Assembly (NCBI GenBank): GCA_046758505.1
Contig: JBHIAH010000039.1
Coordinates: 1 to 22,384 of the forward strand
Direction of reading: 5' to 3'
Length of the DNA: 22,384 bases
Source of the DNA: Candidatus Methylomirabilales bacterium
Lineage (GTDB): Bacteria > Methylomirabilota > Methylomirabilia > Methylomirabilales > CSP1-5
The notes beneath the pieces are model-generated. The model did no database searches and had not been told where the DNA came from. It saw only the letters and a program-made list of their open reading frames with translations. Positions 9,328-16,970 of the stretch are shown here, piece after piece (position 1 is the stretch's first letter; each line of letters starts with the position of its first letter). A program made the position numbers and the translations under genes.

Positions 9328-9882
9328 TCACGGGGACGGGACGTCGAGGCGCCGGACAAAAACGTAGAGATCACGGCGCCGGTGCTCCTGATCGCGAACG
9401 TACTGCGAGAGCACCGCTTCCCGCTGAAACCCGTGCTTCTCGACAAGACGAATGGCCGGACCCTGCTCGGGAATCAGCTCGGAGACCAGAATTTCCATGC
9501 CCAGGGTCTGGGCGATGTCGATCAGCTCGGCCATCACGACATCGGCCAGCCCCCGCCGCCGGTAGTCCGGATCCACCACGATGCGGATCTCCGCCACATG
9601 TTTCATCCATCCGTAGGGACGAAAGTGGAGTGTGGCGTCGGCCACGATCCGCCCATCCGACTCCACGACGACTGGGAGCACCTGGGCGTAGTCCAGGTCC
9701 CGCGACCACGCCTCGATGGTCTCTTCCTGTGTCACATCATCCCGCAGGAAGAGGCGGTCCGCCTCCGGGATTGCCCGGAAGAAGTCGAGAAGTCGCTCCT
9801 GATCTCCCTTCACCATCAGCCGGACGGTGGCCGTGCTCCCATCCTCGAGGTCAACCCTTTTGGGATATTTCTTCACCGGCAT
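9328..9882 (-). CDS. GNAT family N-acetyltransferase
   Basis: VDPDYRRRGLA acetyl-CoA motif A, AIRLVEKHGF motif B; start 9882 or 9876 (ORF extends to 9912). Confidence 0.9.
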   Translation of the reverse strand: MPVKKYPKRVDLEDGSTATVRLMVKGDQERLLDFFRAIPEADRLFLRDDVTQEETIEAWSRDLDYAQVLPVVVESDGRIVADATLHFRPYGWMKHVAEIRIVVDPDYRRRGLADVVMAELIDIAQTLGMEILVSELIPEQGPAIRLVEKHGFQREAVLSQYVRDQEHRRRDLYVFVRRLDVPSP

Positions 9883-9979
9883 TCCTCGGTATCGACGGTG
9901 CACGCATGGCACGTCCCGGGTGGATCCCCGAGCGCGTTCCGCCCGACGTCATCCGAAGAGCAGCGGAGTGCCCCGCCTC

Positions 9980-10159
9980 TCACTCTGCCCAGGGGTTGCC
10001 CCCGTCCAGTTTCTCCTGTTTCTCCTCCAGCTCACGGGCCAATCGCTTCAGGTGCTCCGCCGCATACGCGGGAGAAGCCAGCTCTGCCAGGGCTTCGATG
10101 ACGAGATCGAGCGCGTTCATCAGGGAGGATTCATTGTTTGGATCATAGGAGAGCCGCAT
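9980..10159 (-). CDS. small hypothetical helical protein, 59 aa (not in ORF track)
   Basis: MRLSYDPNNESSLMNALDLVIEALAELASPAYAAEHLKRLARELEEKQEKLDGGNPWAE; coding-like codon usage, own promoter and RBS. Confidence 0.75.
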   Translation of the reverse strand: MRLSYDPNNESSLMNALDLVIEALAELASPAYAAEHLKRLARELEEKQEKLDGGNPWAE

Positions 10160-10178
10160 GGATATTCCCCGCTCGGGT

Positions 10179-10208
10179 ATTGTATCGGTTTCTGCCGGGC
10201 AAGTTCAA
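10179..10208 (-). promoter_or_regulatory. sigma-70 promoter for the 59-aa ORF
   Basis: TTGAAC-18 nt-TACAAT. Confidence 0.7.
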
Positions 10209-10244
10209 GGGAAATGGAAGCCGCCGGGACGCGCGGCAGTCCCC

Positions 10245-11201
10245 TCAGGTCCAGATTCGGAACCTCGCAGACCGCTTCCCCTGCCCCTCGAGAATTATCC
10301 GTCCTCCCATCGGCAGGACCACGTTCTCACGGCCATGTCCGCTCGGAAAGGTCGCAAAGCAGGGGAGGTCTGCCTCGTCGGCACATCGGGCCAAGATATC
10401 GGCGACCGAAAAACTGGTGAGGGGCTTGCGGGGTGCACACGCCACCATCTGCCCGAAGATGATCCCCTTCACGCCCTCGAGCTTCCCTGCCAGCCTGAGA
10501 TGGGTGAGCATCCGGTCGATCCGGTAGGGCTCCTCGTTCACCTCTTCCAGAAAGAGGACCTTTCCCTTGGTCTCGATGGCAAAAGGGGTCCCGAGGGACC
10601 AGGTGACCAGGCTGAGGTTTCCGCCGGTCAGCTCCCCCGCGATCCTTTTCTGTCGAGAGAGGAAACGGCCCCCAACCGTCCCCGCAAAGGCCGTGCCATC
10701 CAGTATCAGGGCCCGAAGGCTGCGACGGGTCAGCGGATTACCCCGGCGGCTAAAATCCGGCTCCACCATGGGCCCGTGAAATGTTACGAGCCCGGCATGC
10801 TGGGTGAGGGCCAGGTGAAGAATGGTGACGTCGCTCGACCCCAGAAAGACCTTGGGATGCCGGCGGATCAGCCCGAAATCGAGATGCGGCAGGATCCGCC
10901 CCGCCCCGTATCCGCCCCGGGCACAAAAGATCCCCGTGACATCCTCCCGACAAAACATCTCGCGAAGGGCCTCCGCCCGGTCTTCATCTCGCCCGGCGAG
11001 GAACCCCCACCGGTCGTAGAGATGGGGGGCCTCGAGCACGTGAAGGCCCATTCGGCGCAAAGCGCGGAGGCCCCGCTTGAGGCGGTTGGGATCGACTGGG
11101 CCAGAGGGAGCTACCACCGCCACTCGATCCCCTCGGCGGAGGGGTCGTGGTCGCTTCTTTACCATGGCGCGGTTTCTCCTGGACCGTGCGGCACGTTCCA
11201 C
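10245..11201 (-). CDS. LD-carboxypeptidase (peptidase S66, LdcA-like)
   Basis: VVAPSG, ARGGYG, GSSDVT (Ser), TFHGPM, GGNLS, LFLEEV (Glu), SGH (His); start 11201 or 11165. Confidence 0.93.
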   Translation of the reverse strand: MERAARSRRNRAMVKKRPRPLRRGDRVAVVAPSGPVDPNRLKRGLRALRRMGLHVLEAPHLYDRWGFLAGRDEDRAEALREMFCREDVTGIFCARGGYGAGRILPHLDFGLIRRHPKVFLGSSDVTILHLALTQHAGLVTFHGPMVEPDFSRRGNPLTRRSLRALILDGTAFAGTVGGRFLSRQKRIAGELTGGNLSLVTWSLGTPFAIETKGKVLFLEEVNEEPYRIDRMLTHLRLAGKLEGVKGIIFGQMVACAPRKPLTSFSVADILARCADEADLPCFATFPSGHGRENVVLPMGGRIILEGQGKRSARFRIWT

Positions 11202-11222
11202 ATCCCTCCCCGCGTGAGGAGA

Positions 11223-12131
11223 TCAGCCCCTTCCCCGCCCCATCATGTGAAGACCGGTTCGAATCGTGGTTACGTGAATGGCGACCGTGTCCGCGATCTT
11301 CCGCGCATAGCCCCCCGCCAATACCACCACCACCGGAACCCGCCTGCGCCGTGCCTCCCGGAAGATGATTTGATCCCGATGTTCAAGCCCCGCAAGGCTG
11401 AGGCCGAGTCCTCCCTCCTGATCGTCCCGGTAGGGGTCGGCACCCGCCACATAGACCACGAGCTGCGGTCGGAAGATCTCAAACACCGGCTGGACATGCC
11501 GAGACAGCGCCTCGAGGTAGTCATCATCCCCCGCGCCATCCGGGAGCAAAACGTCCAAGTCGCTTTGCTGCTTGACTTCAGGATAGAGATTTTCCTGGTG
11601 GACGGAGCAGGTAAAGACGCTCGGATCCTCGCGAAAGATGAAGGCCGTTCCGTCCCCCTGGTGAACGTCGCAGTCGACCACCATCACCTTGACGATCCGC
11701 CCCTCCCGTCTCAGCGTGCGGATGGCGACGGCAATATCGTTGAAGACACAGTAGCCCGCCCCGTGATCCGGATAGGCGTGGTGGCCGCCGCCCCCGATGT
11801 GGATGCCAAGACCCTCCTCCAGGGCGTATCGAGCCGCCCGGATCGTCCCCTCGACGCCGATCCACGCCGCCTCCATCAGCTCTTTCGAGTACGGGAGATC
11901 GAGGACCGCAAGCTCCTCGGCGGTCAGCGCTCCTCGCCGCAATTTGTCGAGATACGTCGAGGCGTGGACCAGCGCGATGTCATCCTCGCGGGCCGGAGGT
12001 GGCTCCTCGAAATCCGCGGCCGTGGCGACGCCGAGCTCCACGAGCCGCTCTGCGATCAGCCGGAATTTGATCGTCGGAAGGATATGCTCCCCCAGATCCA
12101 CCTCATACTTTGGGGAATAGAAGAACTTCAT
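11223..12131 (-). CDS. histone deacetylase family protein
   Basis: GGGHHA, GYCVFNDIA, DCDVHQGDG, AGADP, AGGY motifs; likely start ATG 12131 (MKFFYSPKY), because the longer ORF overlaps the divergent gene. Confidence 0.93.
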   Translation of the reverse strand: MKFFYSPKYEVDLGEHILPTIKFRLIAERLVELGVATAADFEEPPPAREDDIALVHASTYLDKLRRGALTAEELAVLDLPYSKELMEAAWIGVEGTIRAARYALEEGLGIHIGGGGHHAYPDHGAGYCVFNDIAVAIRTLRREGRIVKVMVVDCDVHQGDGTAFIFREDPSVFTCSVHQENLYPEVKQQSDLDVLLPDGAGDDDYLEALSRHVQPVFEIFRPQLVVYVAGADPYRDDQEGGLGLSLAGLEHRDQIIFREARRRRVPVVVVLAGGYARKIADTVAIHVTTIRTGLHMMGRGRG

Positions 12132-12242
12132 ACCGGCCCTTCGTCCGCGTGACAGGAAGATCCGGGGATCATGATAGTCTCTTTCCCCGGCGATTTCCAG
12201 GGATGATCCGCCCCACGCCGCCGGCGACGTTGCAGAAAGGTA

Positions 12243-12271
12243 TTGACCCAGCCCGTCGTCTTCACTACCTT
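12243..12271 (+). promoter_or_regulatory. sigma-70 promoter
   Basis: TTGACC-17 nt-TACCTT upstream of lipoprotein gene. Confidence 0.6.
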
Positions 12272-12291
12272 CCGTGCCGAAGGAATGGAGC

Positions 12292-12603
12292 ATGAAACGG
12301 CTCATGAGAGACCTGTGCAAATCTTGCACTGTCCTGTCGGGGCTGGTCCTGGTGGTGGTACTCGTCTCGGGAGGCTGTGCTGGCGGCGGCGGCCCTGTCC
12401 CGGTTCAGGGCGTGGTCACCGGGAAACACCAGATCTCCCCAAAGGGGACTCCCGCGGAGCGCCCCGGGGAGGAGACACCGCGCTACTTTCTCTGGCTCAA
12501 GACGGACGACGGACCAGCCTTCGTCGAGGTGACGGAAGACGTGTTTCACAGCGTGACGGAAGGCGACCGGGTCTGTATCAATTGCGAGTCCCCGGGCCCG
12601 TGA
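12292..12603 (+). CDS. hypothetical lipoprotein, small beta (OB-like) domain with C-terminal CxxC
   Basis: Lipobox SGGC after hydrophobic stretch; GVVTGK...YFLWL...EVTEDVFHSVTEGDRV; CINC. Confidence 0.75.
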   Translation: MKRLMRDLCKSCTVLSGLVLVVVLVSGGCAGGGGPVPVQGVVTGKHQISPKGTPAERPGEETPRYFLWLKTDDGPAFVEVTEDVFHSVTEGDRVCINCESPGP

Positions 12604-12648
12604 TGTTCCCGCTGTGGACGGGGGTCCTGCGGGGCACCCGGCGCGGCA

Positions 12649-13503
12649 TCACGGCCGCTCTCTCGTCTGAGCAGCCAAGCCCTCGAGATCTGCACGGCTC
12701 AGCCCCCTCAGCACCTCGGGGGGCGGGCAAAGGGTGACGATGCGACGCCGCTCGTCGGAGAGGCCTGCGTCCGCCAGATCAAGCGCCCGGAGCATCAGGA
12801 GGGCGCGCGCGCGCGCGGTCCGCTCGAGCGCGAGGAGGGGGAGCGTGACCATCTCGTCCGTCCCTTCTTCCCGATACCGGATGTGACCGTCACCCGGGGG
12901 GCGTCTGAGAAACGCCAAGAGGTCACGGGCATTCTCTGCATCCCAGCGGGAGCGGTACTCCGCGGTGGGGGGACGCTCCGCCTTGAGCTTGATCGGGCCC
13001 TCCCACCACCCCTCGGAATAGTAATAGTCCTTCCAGCCTCCTCGGAAACCGTGGGTGAAGAGCAGATGGCCCTCATCAGTCACCTGGAAGGGATGGTGGA
13101 GCTCCTGGATCTGCTTCAGGGTCTTCCAGCCGTAGGCGAGGTACATTATGGCGCCCCACGTATCCTCGATGGTCCCGCACAGCACGTGCATGACCCCCTG
13201 CTCGAGGGTCGTCCCCTGCACCTGTACCCGCGTTGAACCGAATTCGACGGCCCTCGCGAGTTGAACGTCAAGGATCCCCCGTTCGACTTCTCCCTGACTC
13301 CCCGGAATCCTCGTCCGACCATAGAGCCCTTCAACCACGGGACGGTCCGACCGCGCCCCCCCGGCTTCTTTTAGGTAGACAAGAAACTCCGCCTGGCCGA
13401 CGAACCGGCCGGCCCACGCCTCGACGTCCAGCGTATGCTGCTCGATGCGCCGACCGCGGAGCCTGAGCAGCGGATGCTCTGGGTCCAGATTCTCTTTCAC
13501 CAT
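12649..13503 (-). CDS. DUF1122 family protein
   Basis: TDEGHLLFTHGFRGGWKDYYYSEGWWEGPIKLKAERP resembles the DUF1122 signature (GFTWFKDWYFPEGGxEGxxKLQ). Confidence 0.7.
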   Translation of the reverse strand: MVKENLDPEHPLLRLRGRRIEQHTLDVEAWAGRFVGQAEFLVYLKEAGGARSDRPVVEGLYGRTRIPGSQGEVERGILDVQLARAVEFGSTRVQVQGTTLEQGVMHVLCGTIEDTWGAIMYLAYGWKTLKQIQELHHPFQVTDEGHLLFTHGFRGGWKDYYYSEGWWEGPIKLKAERPPTAEYRSRWDAENARDLLAFLRRPPGDGHIRYREEGTDEMVTLPLLALERTARARALLMLRALDLADAGLSDERRRIVTLCPPPEVLRGLSRADLEGLAAQTRERP

Positions 13504-13510
13504 GCTGTCG

Positions 13511-13540
13511 AGGTTACGAAGTGGCGCGAGGGATTAGCAA
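13511..13540 (-). promoter_or_regulatory. sigma-70 promoter, probably leaderless transcript
   Basis: TTGCTA-18 nt-TAACCT, 7 nt before ATG 13503, no SD sequence. Confidence 0.55.
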
Positions 13541-13585
13541 GCAAAAACCGGAGAATCCCCTGGGGAGGGATGAGACCTATGGGTC

Positions 13586-13645
13586 GACTAACGCGTCGGC
13601 GATGAGCCGCACAGTTTTTCTGTCGGCTCCACCGTCTTCTTACGG
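13586..13645 (-). mobile_element. degenerate integron attC-like site (60 bp)
   Basis: Minus: CCGTAAG AAGAC GGTGGAGCCGACAG AAAAA CTGTGCGGCTCATC GCCGACGC GTTAGTC; imperfect palindrome with unpaired bases; R'' overlaps the toxin TAA; ends in GTTAG. Confidence 0.6.
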
Positions 13646-13921
13646 GCTCCGCCGCCATTGTGAAAGAAGCCGGTCATACTCCGCATGGGAGCCAATCCAA
13701 AACCAGACGATTTCATCCCCTTCCAAGATCCCCACCGCTCGATAGCCAGGGCTGATCCGAACTGAGTAGATTGGGCGTCTAGGATGCACAGGCTTGAAAC
13801 GAAGACTGGGATAATTCGGGTTCTGCCTGAAGAGTCGGTAGGCCCGACGAGCTCGATCTTGAACCTCCAACGGTAGTTCGGCAAAGGCTCGCCGAAACTC
13901 CGGAGTAGTGCGCGAGATCAC
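13640..13921 (-). CDS. type II TA toxin, RelE/ParE superfamily
   Basis: MISRTTPEFRRAF..NPNYPSLRFK..YSVRI..YRAVG..WFWIGSHAEYD; 93 aa, basic; GTGA overlap with antitoxin. Confidence 0.88.
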   Translation of the reverse strand: MISRTTPEFRRAFAELPLEVQDRARRAYRLFRQNPNYPSLRFKPVHPRRPIYSVRISPGYRAVGILEGDEIVWFWIGSHAEYDRLLSQWRRSP

Positions 13922-14136
13922 AGCTTCTCCGGGTCAAGCTCCTCTGTCCGGCCGGCACGGTGTTCTGTCAACGCGTCATCGGCGAGTTGACCGAGGAGAT
14001 CATGGGAAGCAGCAAAGAGCTCCTCCCAGCGGCGCTCGGAGGCAAGCTCCTCCAGCAAAATGCGCGCGAGCGCATCCTGCTCCTCCTCGGGAAGTTTTGA
14101 TGCCTCGTCAAACGCTTTTTTCAGAAGCTTCGTCAT
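13918..14136 (-). CDS. cognate type II antitoxin
   Basis: 72-aa acidic protein (MTKLLKKAFDEASKLPEEEQDALA..WEELFA) directly upstream of toxin; GGAGG RBS. Confidence 0.85.
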   Translation of the reverse strand: MTKLLKKAFDEASKLPEEEQDALARILLEELASERRWEELFAASHDLLGQLADDALTEHRAGRTEELDPEKL

Positions 14137-14244
14137 CTAAACCCTCCGCCAAAAATTTTTTCAAAAGCCTCGTTCGAATCGACCCTAATTATTGAGCATC
14201 CTAGTCAGCTTATGCTGATCTTCAGGCTTCCAGCCGATGTAACC

Positions 14245-14273
14245 ATTGTCACTGGTTCTCACGCGCTTGTCAA
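14245..14273 (-). promoter_or_regulatory. sigma-70 promoter of TA operon
   Basis: TTGACA-17 nt-GACAAT; palindrome TCAGC-N4-GCTGA at 14205-14218 downstream (possible operator). Confidence 0.65.
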
Positions 14274-14334
14274 GGTCACCAGTAGCAAGCGGTAAGAATC
14301 GGAATGTGCTTGTGCAGCGGGAAAAAACGAGGGG

Positions 14335-14757
14335 TTAGTAGGCGGAGATGGCGATGATGAGGACACCGCTTCGATACGGCGGGCCCCCGAGCAGGATGGG
14401 TGCGCCCCCGCGCCGGAGACGCACCACGGTGTTGACCCCGGCCGTCGTGATCTTCAGCTCCACGCGGCGCCGAGCCGCCCGCACCAAGGCCACGGTCAGG
14501 TGCCCGCCCCCGGCAATGGGGGTCTGCCACGGGCGGTTTAATCCGACCTCCCCCCTGCGCGCCTCAAGCAAACGGTAGCTGGTGTACGCAAAGTCGCGCT
14601 GGAGCTCTCGAACGAGCGACCGGATGGCCGGATCGACGCCTCCGCCGGGGTCCCGGGAGGCCAGGATCACCCGCGCCTCGACCGGGACCGCTTGCGCATA
14701 CACCGGCGAGAGCGGCAAGAGCAGCAAGAGGAAAACCGTCAGGAGCGCCCGCCTCAC
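14335..14757 (-). CDS. hypothetical secreted protein, third gene of ECF operon
   Basis: GTG start overlapping anti-sigma TGA; signal peptide ending VYA; beta-rich mature part. Confidence 0.8.
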   Translation of the reverse strand: MRRALLTVFLLLLLPLSPVYAQAVPVEARVILASRDPGGGVDPAIRSLVRELQRDFAYTSYRLLEARRGEVGLNRPWQTPIAGGGHLTVALVRAARRRVELKITTAGVNTVVRLRRGGAPILLGGPPYRSGVLIIAISAY

Positions 14758-15281
14758 GTCTCCCCCCGCGCAACCACCCATATCACCTTCAGACCTCGCC
14801 CGGGCGTGGTGAAGACCATCGCGCGAAACCCCGGTTCGGCCTCCACTGCTTCGACCACCACCTCACCCTCGCCCGGCTCCACCGAGACGATCTGACCCGG
14901 CGCCCGTCCGGTCGGTGCTTCCCAGAAGAGATACGCCGCCGACAGGATCAGGAAGGTCGCAAAGGCGGCCCCCGCCAGGGAGAGCCTGGGTCGTTCCCAG
15001 CCCGCCTCCCAGATTCGGCGCATCCACGCCGTGACGATCCCGTGGGGACGACCACCCTCGATCCGCACCCGGACCCCTGGCCACAGGACCGGCGGGACCT
15101 CGGGCCGAGGATCCCGAAGCCCCTGGCGGAGAAGTCCCTGGAGCTTCTCAAGGTTCCGCTGCTCCTGGCGGCACGCGTCGCACCCGGCCAGATGCACCTC
15201 CAGGCGCCGGATCTCAGGCACCCCCAGCTCCCCATCCACGTAAGCACTCAGCGCGTGTCGATATCGGCGATGACTCGCCAT
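14754..15281 (-). CDS. zinc-finger (zf-HC2) membrane anti-sigma factor
   Basis: LSAYVDGEL..HLAGCDAC (HxxxCxxC), single TM, short extracytoplasmic domain; follows ECF sigma. Confidence 0.9.
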   Translation of the reverse strand: MASHRRYRHALSAYVDGELGVPEIRRLEVHLAGCDACRQEQRNLEKLQGLLRQGLRDPRPEVPPVLWPGVRVRIEGGRPHGIVTAWMRRIWEAGWERPRLSLAGAAFATFLILSAAYLFWEAPTGRAPGQIVSVEPGEGEVVVEAVEAEPGFRAMVFTTPGRGLKVIWVVARGET

Positions 15282-15285
15282 GCGG

Positions 15286-15828
15286 CTACTCCCCGTGCCA
15301 GAACCCGACCAGGCTCTGCTGAAGACGCTGTCGCGCGTGAAAGAGACGGGACATCACCGTCCCCACTGGCCGGCGGATGATCCGGGCGATCTCCGCATAC
15401 GAAAGCCCCTCGAGTTCCCGCAGGAGGATCACAGTCCTCAGATCCGGGGGCAGGGCCGCGATGGCCTGTTCGATGCCCTGTCGCAGTTCCTGTCGATCCA
15501 AGTTCGCCCCCGGGTTCTCCCCGGTGCTGACCGTCTCGAGCACGGCCTCGTCCCCACGAATGTCCGGCTTTCGCCGCCGGAGAAGATCCGTGGCCAGGTT
15601 CACCAGGATCCGGTACACCCACGTCCGAAACTGCGCGGTGCCGCGAAACTCGGCAAGGCGGAAGTAGGCCCGGGCAAAGGCCTCCTGGGCCACCTCCTGG
15701 GCATCCTCTCTGTTGCCCAGCATGCGGTACGCGATGGCGTAGGCCCGGCCCTGGTGTCGCTTGACCAGCTCTTCGAAAGCGGCCACATCTCCCGCGCGGG
15801 AGCGCTCCACCAGCTGGTGGTCCTCCAT
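15286..15828 (-). CDS. ECF RNA polymerase sigma factor (RpoE/SigW-like)
   Basis: AFEELV, DAQEVAQEAF, FRTWVYRI, GLSYAEIA, GTVMSRLFHAR; ATG 15828. Confidence 0.95.
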   Translation of the reverse strand: MEDHQLVERSRAGDVAAFEELVKRHQGRAYAIAYRMLGNREDAQEVAQEAFARAYFRLAEFRGTAQFRTWVYRILVNLATDLLRRRKPDIRGDEAVLETVSTGENPGANLDRQELRQGIEQAIAALPPDLRTVILLRELEGLSYAEIARIIRRPVGTVMSRLFHARQRLQQSLVGFWHGE

Positions 15829-15847
15829 GAGGCCGACTCCCAACCTG

Positions 15848-15877
15848 TAGACGGAAACATAGGGCCATTTATTTTCC
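15848..15877 (-). promoter_or_regulatory. candidate ECF-dependent autoregulatory promoter
   Basis: GGAAAA...CGTCTA, 19 nt before ATG; CGTC is a typical ECF -10 element. Confidence 0.5.
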
Positions 15878-15924
15878 CGCCAGGATATCCCACAACCGGG
15901 TCGAGGGCAACGGGCGGCGCCGTT

Positions 15925-16596
15925 TTACCTCCGGGTGTCGATCGAAATCCCCACCTCCGTGGGATAGGGACACAACTGACGAATGACACAGGCCAGGCAC
16001 TTGGGCTTCCGCGCCAGGCAGATCGCCCGCCCATGGGCTTGGAGGAGATGGCAGAACCGGACCTTGACCGGATCGGGCACGAGGGGATTCAGGTCGAATT
16101 CGATTTTGTCCGGATCCGTCTCGGCACTGAGATCCAGGCGCCGCGCGAGGCGAGCGACGTGGGTATCCACGCCAATGGCGGGCTGGCCAAAGGCATTTCC
16201 CCTCAGGATATTGGCGGTCTTCCGGCCCACCCCTGGCAGGCTCACAAGATCCTCCAGTCCCCGCGGGACCTTACCCCCGAACCGGGCACCGAGTCCCCGA
16301 CAAGCCTCCTGAATTGCCTTGGCCTTGTTCCGGTAAAAACCGGTGGGGCGAACTTCGGCCTCCAGGGTGGTCCGATCCACGCCGGTCCAGTCGTGCGGCG
16401 TCCGGTATTTCTTGAAAAGGCTCCCGGTCACCTGGTTCACCCGCTCGTCGGTACACTGGGCTGCCAGGATCAGGGCAATGAGCAGCTCGAGAGGGGTCTT
16501 GAACTGAAGCGCCAACGTGACATCCGGATAGGTCCGATCCAGGATCCGGAGGACTTTCTGAACGCGTTGCCTCTTCTTCTGGGCGGTCTCCCTCAC
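15925..16596 (-). CDS. nth: endonuclease III
   Basis: AQCTDERVN, GFYRNKAK, HhH LPGVGRKTAN, VDTHV, 4Fe-4S motif C-x6-C-x2-C-x5-C. Confidence 0.96.
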   Translation of the reverse strand: MRETAQKKRQRVQKVLRILDRTYPDVTLALQFKTPLELLIALILAAQCTDERVNQVTGSLFKKYRTPHDWTGVDRTTLEAEVRPTGFYRNKAKAIQEACRGLGARFGGKVPRGLEDLVSLPGVGRKTANILRGNAFGQPAIGVDTHVARLARRLDLSAETDPDKIEFDLNPLVPDPVKVRFCHLLQAHGRAICLARKPKCLACVIRQLCPYPTEVGISIDTRR

Positions 16597-16880
16597 CCCC
16601 CCTCGTCCTCCTCCTTCAGGATCTTTTTCAGGACATCGTTGCCTGCCTGGGGGGCTTCCCCTTTCAGGTACAACATGACCCCTCCTTTAACCGGACGGAT
16701 TTCGATGATCCCCTTTGCCGCCAAGTCTTGCGTGGCGGGCCTCGGGTCCTCACCGAAGTACTGACGGAAGGCCTCGTTAAACCCGGAAAAGACGGTATGG
16801 ATCCCCCGGTACTTCCCCCTCAGCTTCTTGATGGCCCGGACGACGAACTCCTCCTTCCCAAGTTTCCCCTCACCGTCCAT
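16593..16880 (-). CDS. conserved-looking hypothetical protein (95 aa, possible winged helix)
   Basis: GGAGGGGAG RBS; GIHTVFSGFNEAFRQYF..IRPVKGGVMLY; translationally coupled to nth. Confidence 0.8.
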   Translation of the reverse strand: MDGEGKLGKEEFVVRAIKKLRGKYRGIHTVFSGFNEAFRQYFGEDPRPATQDLAAKGIIEIRPVKGGVMLYLKGEAPQAGNDVLKKILKEEDEGG

Positions 16881-16890
16881 TCTCCCCTCC

Positions 16891-16948
16891 TACCGACCGG
16901 CAACCACCAAGGACCGATGACCGAAAAAAAGGTGGTGGGTCAACGGTT
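16891..16948. repeat. 7-bp periodic repeat forming an imperfect inverted repeat
   Basis: Units TACCGAC, CACCAAG, GACCGAT, GACCGAA; arms GGCAACC/GGTTGCC and ACCG/CGGT. Confidence 0.55.
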
Positions 16949-16970
16949 GCCAGACGGTGAACCAACAACA

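Noticed and set aside
8642..9331. 229-aa minus-strand ORF starting at the GNAT stop
   Set aside because: Overlaps cytochrome c out of frame, has low-complexity composition and spans a likely promoter
10158..12152. 664-aa plus-strand ORF
   Set aside because: Antisense shadow of the LdcA and HDAC genes in high-GC DNA; no motifs
15280..16764. 494-aa plus-strand ORF
   Set aside because: Antisense to the ECF sigma and nth genes
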